Of a stretch of 64,000 nt of DNA, positions 20,424-30,268 are shown piece by piece. Both the position numbers and the translations under genes were made by a program. The stretch is from the NCBI GenBank assembly GCA_049320885.1, contig JBMORA010000030.1, positions 58,570 to 122,569 of the forward strand, written 5' to 3'. This stretch comes from Thermodesulfobacteriota bacterium (GTDB taxonomy: Bacteria; Desulfobacterota; Desulfobacteria; Desulfobacterales; SURF-7). The notes beneath the pieces were generated by a model, which did not search any database, was not told where the DNA came from, and was given only the letters and a program-made list of their open reading frames with translations. Each line of letters starts with the position of its first letter. The stretch's first letter is position 1.

Positions 20424-20690
20424 TCATTGAACCAGACCGGCTGCGCGCAGCTCCCGGACTCCGGCCATAGCCGCCTGCACGGAAAGCCCGGTGGCCGCGG
20501 CCAGCTCTTCGTAGGAATTGCATGCGGCATCGGTGAGACCGTTGTATCCGGCGATTCTGGCCCAGCAGATTTTTGCCGTGGGTGACAAATCCGTGCGGGC
20601 CAGGATGCCGTTGGGAAGAAATCCGCCGACAAACACGTCATAGGGGTTGAAGCAAGGTGTTTCGTTGTTTTCCTGGGGGTTGGTACTCAT
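20424..20690 (-). CDS. Small wHTH protein paralogous to the initiator N-terminus
   Basis: FNPYDVFVGGFLP..AKICWARI aligns with FIPYKTFYGGFLP..EKVCWAKL. Confidence 0.7.
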   Translation of the reverse strand: MSTNPQENNETPCFNPYDVFVGGFLPNGILARTDLSPTAKICWARIAGYNGLTDAACNSYEELAAATGLSVQAAMAGVRELRAAGLVQ

Positions 20691-20735
20691 GTTCGTGGTT
20701 CCTTTCTTTTTAAAAAGTTGAAGTGTTGTGAGTGC

Positions 20736-21494
20736 CTAAAACGGTCTCAGTTCGATGATTTCGCCCTGCAGCTCGGCGCTGACTTTTTCCCGGATCCGGA
20801 TGACATCCCTGTCCCGGACATTGGCGTCCGTGCGGACAACACTTTTCTGTCCGATGAACCGCCGGACACAGACGAACCGGTGCATGGGCAGGTAGAATCC
20901 GAACAGTCGGGCCGGCAGGTTCCGGGAGGACCTGGACAAGCGGATGAGGACCCGATCGGGAAGTCGCTTCACGGCGGATATGGTGAAAAACAGGACCGAT
21001 CCGGCATGGTAGAGGGGCTCTTCGGCAGGAACCCGGGCGTCCTTCGGCAGGATCGCCATGGCGCCGGGCAGTTCCACCTCCACCAGGTCCTCCCGGCGCC
21101 TGCGGATGACGCCGGAGATGATCCGCCGAGTCTGTTTTTTCCAGACGCGGAACTCGTCTTCCAGTTGGAGTTCCCTTATGATTTCCGGGAACAGGGAGCG
21201 GGCGGCGGTCTTCACGGCCCGGGGCAGATCGGCCAGATCCAGCGCTACCGGCAAGATGTCATGGGGCAGGACCTGGTCGATGGCGCCGAATTGCCGGATG
21301 ATCCGTTCATGCCGGGGCATCAGCAATACGATCTCGGCGGTCCGGCCTTCCAGATCCACCCGGCAATCCGTCACGCCGTAAAACCGCCGGAGGCTGCTTT
21401 CGATGGACAACGCAAGGGCCTTCCGGGTTGTTTCCGACAGTTCTTCCGCTGTTTTCGCCGATATTTCGCAAACATCCATACATCCAGAACTCAT
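20736..21494 (-). CDS. Truncated NusA paralogue (NTD-S1-KH1)
   Basis: IISGVIRR..VEVEL..AMAILPK..VP.E..LIRLSRSSRNLPARLF (NusA S1 pattern); R..GQKS and KVSAELQGEIIEL (KH1 end); GGAGG RBS. Confidence 0.75.
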   Translation of the reverse strand: MSSGCMDVCEISAKTAEELSETTRKALALSIESSLRRFYGVTDCRVDLEGRTAEIVLLMPRHERIIRQFGAIDQVLPHDILPVALDLADLPRAVKTAARSLFPEIIRELQLEDEFRVWKKQTRRIISGVIRRRREDLVEVELPGAMAILPKDARVPAEEPLYHAGSVLFFTISAVKRLPDRVLIRLSRSSRNLPARLFGFYLPMHRFVCVRRFIGQKSVVRTDANVRDRDVIRIREKVSAELQGEIIELRPF

Positions 21495-21609
21495 CTCCGC
21501 CTCCGCTTTACCGCCCGCGCATTATGAGATTGAAGACTGCGACAATGTTGTCCGACACTCATAATAATACCGACATCGTAAAATCGTTGTGAAATGGAGG
21601 AAATCGGAT

Positions 21610-22056
21610 ATGCCGACAGAACGAACCATCACCAGGGAAAAAGAGAAAAAATTCGAGCTATCAAAGGAAGTTACGCCATCAGATGGTCAGCCAAAGGGGC
21701 CACGAACCAAAACAGACTATGTGGAACTGGCCAAGGAAAGAAACGCGCGGGTCATCCTGCACAACACCCCGGATACCTATCCGTTAACGGATCTGGCCCG
21801 GTATGCGGACCAGGGTCTCCGGCGTCTGCGCAACCGCATCCTCATCTCCCTTGCGCCGGAAGAGGCCCTGCCGCTCTTGAATGCCTACAACGAAGCGCTG
21901 ATTACGCTGCACCACATCGTTGCCAAGATCTGCCGGATCACCAACGTGCGTTACCGGACCCCGCGGGCATTGGTGCAGGTGCTTGGCGAGGATGAGGTAG
22001 CGTCAAAGGCGGCGGATGCCGATGGCAAACCGGAACAGTCCGGCGGGAAAAGCTGA
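21610..22056 (+). CDS. Hypothetical helical protein, possibly an AcaB/DUF1845-like transfer regulator
   Basis: GGAGGA RBS; first gene of the transfer block; family call tentative. Confidence 0.5.
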   Translation: MPTERTITREKEKKFELSKEVTPSDGQPKGPRTKTDYVELAKERNARVILHNTPDTYPLTDLARYADQGLRRLRNRILISLAPEEALPLLNAYNEALITLHHIVAKICRITNVRYRTPRALVQVLGEDEVASKAADADGKPEQSGGKS

Positions 22057-22068
22057 CGGGAGGTATCC

Positions 22069-23280
22069 ATGAGGTTGACCTGGTTCAGAAAAACCAACAC
22101 CCCGCGACAAATCAAGCTCGGCGATCTGGCCCGGGCGTTCTGGCAGGAACCGCCGGTGGATCAAACCTTGGCCAAGGATCAGGGCGAGCATCTATCCGAT
22201 CCGGTTTTTGAAAACCGGGAGTTGCAGGATTTCTGGCTGGAATATGTGCGGCCGTTTCAAACCGCGATGCCATCGCCGGTGCTCCGGGCGGTTCAGGATT
22301 TGCTTGCGGAATTTGAAAAACTGGCCCCCTGCCCGTCCGTATTGGAATCCGATCCAGAAACCCCGCAACCGTATCGGGGGTTGACCCGGATTTCGTTGAC
22401 GACCCATTCTCTCGCCGTCGCCCGGGAGGCCCTGGATCTTTTGCGGGTCCGGGAGAATGATTTTCAGATGCTGGCGGGCAAAACCCTAATCGCCGCCCTG
22501 GCTCACGACATGGGCAAACACCCTTCCGCGGCTGTTCCCAACATGCCCCATTCTTACAGCAGCGCGGTCTGGCTCCAAAAGCGCATCGGCCATTTGCGGG
22601 AACGGGAGCCGATCATAGCGGCGGTCCGGCTGCACCATGCGGAGACAAATTATAGAAGAGTCGCCACGGACAATCCCATCCTGCCGGTGTTGACCCTGGC
22701 CGACCGGGTGGCCCGGGAAAAAGAACTGGCCGCTGTCGCCGTGGAACAACAGACCGAAGCTGTGGAGCTGAAGGCGGATGATCCACCCCTTCCGGAAATA
22801 GAAACCATGAATGCGACGCCTGGCCCGGATGACCAAGACGCCTGGTTTTTACAGGAATCATTTCTGGAAATCCTCCGGTCCCGGCTCACCTGCATGGGGT
22901 TTGACTGCTTCTGGTTTGACGATCATGTCCATGTCTCACCGGCCGTTGTCGAAAGCATCCTGAACAAATTGCGGCAGGAACAGGGGCTTCCCCCGTTCAC
23001 CTCCCGGACTGACATCGCCCGTTTGTTTTCATCCCGGATTCCCGAAGTCCGGAACGAAAAATACCGGCTGCGGTTCAAAAACCATTTTTCGCCCCTGAAA
23101 AAATGGTTCTACGTTTTCGAGGCGGCGCTATTCGAACCGCTGGCAGCAAACGACCGGCAACATCCAAGAGATCGCGAGGGCCGCTGGCTGAAGGATATGG
23201 ACTGCATCGAATCCTCTCGCGAAACTGTCCCGAAACGAAACTCGTTTTCTTCCGGGACAAACGACCCGGCGATCCCGTGA
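22069..23280 (+). CDS. HD-domain protein, MOBH-like relaxase candidate
   Basis: LTTHSLAVA, ALAHDMGK, RLHH and LADRVA motifs; directly upstream of the tra genes. Confidence 0.65.
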   Translation: MRLTWFRKTNTPRQIKLGDLARAFWQEPPVDQTLAKDQGEHLSDPVFENRELQDFWLEYVRPFQTAMPSPVLRAVQDLLAEFEKLAPCPSVLESDPETPQPYRGLTRISLTTHSLAVAREALDLLRVRENDFQMLAGKTLIAALAHDMGKHPSAAVPNMPHSYSSAVWLQKRIGHLREREPIIAAVRLHHAETNYRRVATDNPILPVLTLADRVAREKELAAVAVEQQTEAVELKADDPPLPEIETMNATPGPDDQDAWFLQESFLEILRSRLTCMGFDCFWFDDHVHVSPAVVESILNKLRQEQGLPPFTSRTDIARLFSSRIPEVRNEKYRLRFKNHFSPLKKWFYVFEAALFEPLAANDRQHPRDREGRWLKDMDCIESSRETVPKRNSFSSGTNDPAIP

Positions 23281-23495
23281 AAGACCGGTGGTCATCCAGT
23301 TCGGTTTGAATTCCAGCGGAGCTGTCCCGGATTGAAAAACAAACACTTTACCGCCTTGTCATTATTATGGACAGGAGCCAGACAGTGGACGTGACCGGAA
23401 AACCATGCGGCTACCAATCGACAAACCAGTTGGCCAACAACAAAAGAGTGGAAATCGTTTCCACACGAAACAACCCCAAACAGGAGGTCCATACC

Positions 23496-23822
23496 ATGCC
23501 CCTACTCTCAACCGTCATCCAACAGGCAGGAAAGAAAAAAAGTCTCCTCATCACCGCCGGCATCGTGCTCGGAACCGCCGCCACGGCCGCCGCCATCACC
23601 GCCCCCACCGGCCCCACGGATTTTGCCTGGGACGTCTACGACATTGGCGTCAACAAGATCCTGAACGGCCCCATCGGGTTCGTGGCCGGGGCCGGCGCCA
23701 TGGTGGCCGGCGCCGTGGCCGCCATTCAGCAAAAACTGGCCCTCGCCAGCATGGCCATCATCGGCGGCGCCGTGCTGCTGAATGCGGATTCCATGGTCAC
23801 CAGCCTCGGTCTGGTGTTTTAA
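23496..23822 (+). CDS. traA: Conjugative pilin
   Basis: GGAGG RBS; signal-like N-terminus and two hydrophobic helices; precedes traL. Confidence 0.7.
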   Translation: MPLLSTVIQQAGKKKSLLITAGIVLGTAATAAAITAPTGPTDFAWDVYDIGVNKILNGPIGFVAGAGAMVAGAVAAIQQKLALASMAIIGGAVLLNADSMVTSLGLVF

Positions 23823-23835
23823 CGGAAGGGTATCC

Positions 23836-24102
23836 ATGGCAGAGAGATTTCCACAATACCTGTCCGCGCCGGTCCAGGTGCTCTGGTTTGAAACCGACGA
23901 ACTCGCCATGATCGTTTTCTTCTTCCTGGCGGCCTCCGTCCTGCACGGGGTATTGTGGATTCTCTGCTTTGTCGGACCGTTGCTGTATTCGCGGCTCAAG
24001 GTCAAATACCCGTCCGGGTTCTTGAAACACATGCTCTATTTTTCGGGGATCAAGCGCTTGAACCAGTATCCGGACGCCTTTGCCAACACCTTTTCCGAAT
24101 GA
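23836..24102 (+). CDS. traL: TraL
   Basis: FPQYLSAP..LWFETDEL..GFLKHMLYFSG; gene order. Confidence 0.85.
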   Translation: MAERFPQYLSAPVQVLWFETDELAMIVFFFLAASVLHGVLWILCFVGPLLYSRLKVKYPSGFLKHMLYFSGIKRLNQYPDAFANTFSE

Positions 24103-24106
24103 CGCC

Positions 24107-24667
24107 ATGCACATCAAGAAATTCATCAACAAGTTCGACAACCTTACGGCCGAAAACCGGCTCCTCAAGTTCGTCATCATCGTGATCGGCGCGGGCTGCA
24201 TCATCTCGTCGGCCATCTCCTTGCGGGCGGTGACCTATCAAAAGGTGGTCATCCTGCCGCCGGCGGTGGACAAACGCATTGTCATCCAGGGCAGCAGCGT
24301 GAACACCGAATACATCGAGCTGTTCACCAAATACGCCATGGGACTGTTGCTGAACTATACCCCCGGCATTTTTGACGACCAGATCAGCGATCTCTTGAAA
24401 CTCACGTCCCCGCGCTACTATCCGGCCCTGAACCGCAGGATGCTGGAGATAAAGGGGGATGTGAAGCGCCTTTCCATCACCAGCATGTTTTATCCCCAGC
24501 TCCTGCGCATCAACCAGGAAAAGCAGGAGATCAACATCCTGGGACTGCGGATTCAAACCGCCCGGGGCCAGGAAGTGGAACGGGTCGAAAAAATCTATCT
24601 CATGAAATACCAGCTGCTCAACGGGAGATTCTATGTGGACGGAATTGAAGAGGTCGAAAAACAATAA
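24107..24667 (+). CDS. traE: TraE
   Basis: N-terminal TM, VVILPP, LLNYTP; gene order L-E-K-B. Confidence 0.85.
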   Translation: MHIKKFINKFDNLTAENRLLKFVIIVIGAGCIISSAISLRAVTYQKVVILPPAVDKRIVIQGSSVNTEYIELFTKYAMGLLLNYTPGIFDDQISDLLKLTSPRYYPALNRRMLEIKGDVKRLSITSMFYPQLLRINQEKQEINILGLRIQTARGQEVERVEKIYLMKYQLLNGRFYVDGIEEVEKQ

Positions 24668-24674
24668 ACAGGGG

Positions 24675-25910
24675 ATGCTCTGTCTCCTGCTTCTGCTGGT
24701 TCCCTTTTCAGCCGCCGGCGACGGCCCGGCCGGGGACAGCCATTACTGGGTGCTTCTTGGAGAAACGAAAGCCGACCTGGGGTCCATCCAGGAAAGCATG
24801 GACAAACTTCCGGACGAAATCGACAGGCAGGAACTGCGCATCTGCCTGGACGAAAATGCCTATGCCCTGGTCCACACCGGCGCCACGGACCCGGATGCCG
24901 CCTTTCTCATCCGGGAAAAACTCTCCCGGCTGCTGGATGAACGCACCAGGGCCGAACTTGTCGAGTACGATCCGGCCCGGTGCTTTGCAACAGGTCATTA
25001 CTTGAAGAAACCTTCCAAGGAGACTGCCAAGAATCCGGAGAGCGCTCCCCGGAAAACGAATGAAGCCCCGGAAGCGGTGCACCTGCGACCGGCCCCGGCG
25101 GCATACGATTCAAATGATCAAACAGGCAAGTCCACGGACCGGGCAACAGTGCTGTCCAACTCTTCTGTGAAAATCCTGCCCGGAATTTCCACCCAGGTGT
25201 ATTTGAGCAACCTCGATATCAACCGAATCACCTGCATGGGCGACCGGCCGGTCAAGGATGTGATTTTTTCCACGGAAAAGGGAGTCACGGTAAAAATCAA
25301 CGGTGCCAATGCCTTTGTCAAACTCCAACTCCGGCCCGATGATCTCGCGTCCAAGCCGGAAGTGATCCGGGAACCCGTCGAGCTCTATGTGGTCTGCGGC
25401 AACGGGAAGGATGTCTATACCCTCATCGGTATCCCCAGAAAGATCCCGGCCCAGTGGGTCCAACTCACCTCCAAAGACGGTGACATCCAGAAAAATCTGT
25501 CGCTATTCGCGGGCAGGGATTTCGAAAAAAAGATTCTGACGCTGGTCAAGCAAGCCGTGACCGAGGATTTTCCGGATTCCTACACCATGCGAACAATGGC
25601 AAGGCCCATCCAAATCAAGGGCCTTGAATGGCTCGACATCACCTATCGGCGGCTGGTCCGGGTGGACGGCGAGGGCTTCCAGCTCAAGGAATACGGCCTG
25701 ACGCTCTCCAAAAACCAGGAGACAACCCAACGCCGGGTCCTCGAAAAGCAGTTCCTGGTGCCGCAGCTGGCCGAAAACCCGCTGGCCGTCACCCTGGACA
25801 GCCTGATCCTCACCAAGGATCGCCCGACCCGGCTGTTCATCATCGAAAGGGCGGATCAGGCGACCCGGCTCGGCGTGAACCATGCAGACAGCAAAGGGGA
25901 AATGCCATGA
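24675..25910 (+). CDS. traK: TraK secretin-like protein with an extra N-terminal domain
   Basis: Signal peptide; LSNLDINRITC motif; gene order. Confidence 0.8.
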   Translation: MLCLLLLLVPFSAAGDGPAGDSHYWVLLGETKADLGSIQESMDKLPDEIDRQELRICLDENAYALVHTGATDPDAAFLIREKLSRLLDERTRAELVEYDPARCFATGHYLKKPSKETAKNPESAPRKTNEAPEAVHLRPAPAAYDSNDQTGKSTDRATVLSNSSVKILPGISTQVYLSNLDINRITCMGDRPVKDVIFSTEKGVTVKINGANAFVKLQLRPDDLASKPEVIREPVELYVVCGNGKDVYTLIGIPRKIPAQWVQLTSKDGDIQKNLSLFAGRDFEKKILTLVKQAVTEDFPDSYTMRTMARPIQIKGLEWLDITYRRLVRVDGEGFQLKEYGLTLSKNQETTQRRVLEKQFLVPQLAENPLAVTLDSLILTKDRPTRLFIIERADQATRLGVNHADSKGEMP

Positions 25911-27160
25911 ACGAATCCAATACGCCGGATACCATCGGCGAGCCTGAAAAGCCGCATACCCTGAAAAGCCGGTTCAGCGCCCTTGCGCCGGAAACCAAAA
26001 GAAGGCTTGTCACCATCGGCCTGATCATCTCCCTGCTGGGTCTTTTCGTCATCGGCTATTATGCCAGGGGCAACAAAACCGCCGACAAGAAAAAAGACGA
26101 CCCCATCGCGGAAGTCCGCATGGACCAGAACGTCCTTGAAAAATCCCTGTATGCCAAGACCGAGGAGCTATTGATCGCCCAGAAAAAGGAGACCGATGAA
26201 CTCAAGAAAGCGTTCAAAGCCCTCCAGGCCAATCTGGAAAAATCACCGGTTCGGGAGAAGGCCGTCCCGCTCGCTCCCCCCAAACCTCCGGCAAAAGAAA
26301 CCGTCGAAATCCCCCTGCCCCAAAAACCGGATTTCGCCATCCCCCCGCCGCCGCCCATGGACAAAACCGATAAGAGCGACCGGATTCCAAAAAGCCTTTT
26401 CAATACTGCTCCACCGCCGCAAAAGGCCCAGGCGCCCCAGTTCATCGGCGGGATCGAGATGGTCCAGGCCCCCCTGGTGGAGGAAACGAAAGTACCGGAA
26501 GGCGACGGTAAAAAAAAACGGATTTATTTACCCCCTTCTTTCATGGAGGCGACGCTGCTTTCCGGAGTGGCGGCCCCCACCACCAATGCCGCCAAGGGCA
26601 ATCCCCTGCCCCTCCTGTTCCGGGTCAAGGATTTGGCCGTGCTGCCCAATAAAGTCAAAGCGAATCTGAAAGGTTGCTTCGTGATCGGCTCGGGCATCGG
26701 CAACCTGGCCGACGAACGGGTCCATATCCGTCTGAACACCCTGTCCTGTGTGGCGAGGAACGGAGCCGCGGTCATCGATCAGAGCATCAAGGGCTTTATC
26801 GTGGACGGAGACGGCAAGGTGGGCTTGAAAGGACGGGTCGTGGCCAAGATGGGGGTGCATATCGCCCGCACGGCCCTAGCCGGGTTCATCGGCGGGATGG
26901 GAGAGGCCTTGAGCGACTCGACAAAAACAAGTACCTTCAGCGCCCTTGGCCAGCCCCAGTCGCAACTGAAAAACACGGATGCCGGGACCATCGCCAAGGC
27001 AGGCCTGGGCGAGGGCATATCCTCGGCCACCAGGGAATTGCAGAAATTCTATCTGCAACTGGCCGAACAGACCCTGCCGGTCATCGAGATCGGCTCCACC
27101 AAGGAGGTGACCATCGTCATCAGCGAAGGCGCGGGCCTCGATATCATGGAGAAAGGATAA
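25907..27160 (+). CDS. traB: TraB/VirB10-like protein
   Basis: TM, coiled coil, Pro-rich linker, LKGCFVIG..ERVHIRLNTLSC..DGKVGLKG. Confidence 0.9.
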   Translation: MNESNTPDTIGEPEKPHTLKSRFSALAPETKRRLVTIGLIISLLGLFVIGYYARGNKTADKKKDDPIAEVRMDQNVLEKSLYAKTEELLIAQKKETDELKKAFKALQANLEKSPVREKAVPLAPPKPPAKETVEIPLPQKPDFAIPPPPPMDKTDKSDRIPKSLFNTAPPPQKAQAPQFIGGIEMVQAPLVEETKVPEGDGKKKRIYLPPSFMEATLLSGVAAPTTNAAKGNPLPLLFRVKDLAVLPNKVKANLKGCFVIGSGIGNLADERVHIRLNTLSCVARNGAAVIDQSIKGFIVDGDGKVGLKGRVVAKMGVHIARTALAGFIGGMGEALSDSTKTSTFSALGQPQSQLKNTDAGTIAKAGLGEGISSATRELQKFYLQLAEQTLPVIEIGSTKEVTIVISEGAGLDIMEKG

Positions 27161-27165
27161 AGGCG

Positions 27166-27633
27166 ATGAAACAGATGTTTTTGGCCGTCACCGGCCTGTG
27201 CCTGTTGATTCTGTCCGGCGGATGCCAGGCCGTGTTCAACCCGTATGATGACGCCTTCCAGTGCCCGGAGATGGACGAGGGCGCCTGTACCAGCATCCCG
27301 GACGCCTACCAGCAAAGCCTTACCAACGGCTCCCCGAAGGATGGGTGCGACACCTGTTCTGAAAAAGCGGCGATGCCGGAAGGAAACACGGCTGAGCCTC
27401 CTCCGCCGGATGCCCGGTCGATCTATCAGGAGAAACGTTTCGAACGGTTCAAGTCCCTGATCCAGGCCGACCGGCCGCCCGTCGCGGCGCCGCCGGAAGT
27501 GGTCCGGGTCCTGGTCCTGTCCTATACCGGTCAGGAGAATGAACTGTTCGGGTTCCGCTACATCTATTTTTTCGCCACCGAGCCCTCCTGGCTGCTTTCC
27601 ACCGGCATGGAAACCGGACAGGGAGAAGACTGA
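27166..27633 (+). CDS. traV: TraV lipoprotein
   Basis: Lipobox LSGGC; FQCP..GACTS motif. Confidence 0.8.
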   Translation: MKQMFLAVTGLCLLILSGGCQAVFNPYDDAFQCPEMDEGACTSIPDAYQQSLTNGSPKDGCDTCSEKAAMPEGNTAEPPPPDARSIYQEKRFERFKSLIQADRPPVAAPPEVVRVLVLSYTGQENELFGFRYIYFFATEPSWLLSTGMETGQGED

Positions 27634-30158
27634 TGGGATGGCGCAACCTGATCTTCGGCACCGACGGCATGACCCACGGGGATATCGCCGACATGACCGC
27701 CAGAATCCGCTTCTCGGAATTTTTTCCCTACAGGGCCTTTGACCCGCGGACCGGGGCCTTTCACAACCTGGACGATTCCATCGGTTTTCTGTGGGAATGC
27801 GTGCCCCTGGTGCATGCCGACGGGCATGTCTTCGATATCCTCAGCGGATTGCTCAACACCGTCTTTCCCGAAGGTACGGTCCTGCAGTTCCTGCTGTATG
27901 CCGACCCGCATATCAACTTCCTGCTGGACGCTTACCGGCGCCTCAAGATCCATAGCAACGAGCTTTCGGCCAAAACGATCCAAAACACCATGGATTTCTA
28001 CCGTTCCGGCAATAAGGGCCTTCACCAACTGCGGGGAACCCCGGTCCGGAATTTCCGGTTGCTGGTGGCCCTCAAGCTCCCGCCGGCCGGAAAAGAGAAG
28101 ATCGATCATCTCGACATCCGCGACAGTGTCCAGGAGACCCTGAAGGGCATTTATCTGTCGCCGGAACTTATCGGTCCCGATGTCCTCATCAGCACCCTGT
28201 CCCGGCTCTTCAACGACCATCCCCCGGACCACCAGGGCTATGATCCGGATAAGGAGATCCACAAACAGATCATCCTGAGCGAAACCCCGATCCGGACCAG
28301 GTGGGATCGCATCCTCCTGGGCAGCCGGCATCTGCGCTGCATGACCGTGAAGAAAATGGTGGAGCAAGTGGATGAACTCACCTTCAATTATCTGGCGGGC
28401 GACATCTGGGGGGTCCAGGGGGACAACAACCAGATCAACGTGCCTTTTTTGTTCACCGTGAACGTCATCTTCCAGCCCCTTTCTGCCAAGCTGCACGCCA
28501 AATGCAATTTCGTCCTCCAGCAGCAGGGGGTGGGCAGCTTCGCTCCGTCCCTGCAACGGAAAAAGGACGAATACATGTGGGCCGCCGGCCAGATCGAACA
28601 AGGGGTGAATTTCGTGCGCATCATGCCGCTGCTCTGGCATTTTGCGGACTCCGAGGAACAATCAAGGGCCGCGGCGGCCCGGGTCAAGCGCATTTTCCAA
28701 TCCCGGGGGTTCGTGACCCAGGAGGACCGGGGCATTTTGAAAATTTTGTGGCTCTCCGCCCTGCCGTTCGGCTTGTACACCCATGACCGGGCCGTGGATT
28801 ACATCGACCGGGATTTCATCTGCCAGCCCAAAGTGGCGGCCCGCTGCCTGCCCATCCAGGCGGATTTCTGCGGCGGGGGCGCGCCATACAATCTCTTTGT
28901 GGGCCGCAAGGGCCAGTTGATCCCCTTTGATCTGTTCGCGCCAGTCTCGGAAAACTACAACGGCCTGATCACCGCCACCAGCGGGTCCGGCAAGAGTTTT
29001 TTCACCAACTCCCTGTGCTACAACTATTATACCGCCGGCGCCCTGATCCGCATCGTGGACATCGGCGGCAGCTATAAAAAGCTCTGCCGGATCGTGGACG
29101 GGAAATTCATCCATTTCAGCAAGGACTCCCATATCCGCCTCAATCCGTTCACCCATATCGTGGACATCGACGAGAGCATCCAGGCGGTCACCGCCATCAT
29201 TGCCCAGATGATTTATTCCAGCAGCCGGCAGACTCCCGGCGAGACCGAGATCACCCTGATCCGCAACGCGGCCTTGAGTTCCTTCAGCGAATACGGCAAT
29301 GCCGCGGATATCGACCGGGTCTACGAATACCTCAAGGACCCGAGCAAAACGTCCGAAGCCCTCTTAGAGCTGGAATGCGGCGAGGACAATTCTTGCGTCA
29401 AGGACATCAAATCCCTGTCGGCCCAGCTGGCCTTCAATCTCCGGAATTTCACCTCCATGGGCAACCTGGGGGTCTGGTTCAACGGGCCGGCCAACCTGGA
29501 TATCGCCCAGGACGATTTTGTGGTCCTGGAACTGGAAGAATTGAAGCCCCAGGTGGAACTCTTCAATGTGGTGACCCTCCAGCTCCTGAACTACGTAACC
29601 GAGAACCTGTATCTTTCGGACCGGTCCAGGAAACGCCTGGTGATCTTCGACGAGGCCTGGCAGTTTTTTTCCGGGAACGGCAACAACGGGGGCGAGACCA
29701 GTCTTCTGGCCCGGATCATCGTGGAAGGTTATCGCCGGGCTCGCAAATACGGCGGCAGTTTCATCACCATCACCCAGTCTTTGCTCGATCTGGCCATGTT
29801 CGGGGATGTGGGCCAGGTGATCCTGTCCAACTCGGCTTACAAATTCCTGCTCCAGTCCGCTGACTTTGAAAAGGCCCGGTCCAAGAAACTCATCGATTAT
29901 CCGGATTTTGTCATGAAGCTCCTGAAAAGCGTCCGCAGCCCCAAGCCCCGATATTCCGAGATCTTCATCGACAGCCCCATGGGCATGGGCATCGCCCGGC
30001 TGCTGGTGGACCCCTTCTCCTATTATTTATTCACCTCCTCGGCCGAGGACAACGCGCTGATCGAAAAACTCGTCCAAAGCGGACTCTCCTATCCGGAGGC
30101 GTTTGAGAAGATGCTCGGACAGGAGCAGAAGGAAAAGACTTTTGAAAAAGAAATGTAG
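27633..30158 (+). CDS. traC: TraC/VirB4 ATPase
   Basis: ATSGSGKS Walker A, IFDEAW and YRRARKYGG motifs; 841 aa. Confidence 0.93.
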   Translation: MGWRNLIFGTDGMTHGDIADMTARIRFSEFFPYRAFDPRTGAFHNLDDSIGFLWECVPLVHADGHVFDILSGLLNTVFPEGTVLQFLLYADPHINFLLDAYRRLKIHSNELSAKTIQNTMDFYRSGNKGLHQLRGTPVRNFRLLVALKLPPAGKEKIDHLDIRDSVQETLKGIYLSPELIGPDVLISTLSRLFNDHPPDHQGYDPDKEIHKQIILSETPIRTRWDRILLGSRHLRCMTVKKMVEQVDELTFNYLAGDIWGVQGDNNQINVPFLFTVNVIFQPLSAKLHAKCNFVLQQQGVGSFAPSLQRKKDEYMWAAGQIEQGVNFVRIMPLLWHFADSEEQSRAAAARVKRIFQSRGFVTQEDRGILKILWLSALPFGLYTHDRAVDYIDRDFICQPKVAARCLPIQADFCGGGAPYNLFVGRKGQLIPFDLFAPVSENYNGLITATSGSGKSFFTNSLCYNYYTAGALIRIVDIGGSYKKLCRIVDGKFIHFSKDSHIRLNPFTHIVDIDESIQAVTAIIAQMIYSSSRQTPGETEITLIRNAALSSFSEYGNAADIDRVYEYLKDPSKTSEALLELECGEDNSCVKDIKSLSAQLAFNLRNFTSMGNLGVWFNGPANLDIAQDDFVVLELEELKPQVELFNVVTLQLLNYVTENLYLSDRSRKRLVIFDEAWQFFSGNGNNGGETSLLARIIVEGYRRARKYGGSFITITQSLLDLAMFGDVGQVILSNSAYKFLLQSADFEKARSKKLIDYPDFVMKLLKSVRSPKPRYSEIFIDSPMGMGIARLLVDPFSYYLFTSSAEDNALIEKLVQSGLSYPEAFEKMLGQEQKEKTFEKEM

Positions 30159-30254
30159 ACAGGATTAACAGGATCGACAGGATCAAAAACAAGTCTCTTC
30201 TCCTGACCGCAAAGGCGGTCAGAAACATCCTGTAAATCCTGTTGATCCTGTCTA
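30156..30254. repeat. Palindromic element built from 9 bp ACAGGAT-core units (family B, copy 1)
   Basis: TAGACAGGAT-TAACAGGAT-CGACAGGAT ... ATCCTGTAA-ATCCTGTTG-ATCCTGTCTA. Confidence 0.85.
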
Positions 30255-30268
30255 AAAAAGGAATCCAA

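Noticed and set aside
23281..23495. oriT between the relaxase-like gene and traA
   Set aside because: Position is plausible but no convincing inverted repeat or nic motif was identified
26510..26518. A9 run in traB as a programmed slippage or phase-variation site
   Set aside because: The frame is intact and encodes KKK; nothing else supports slippage
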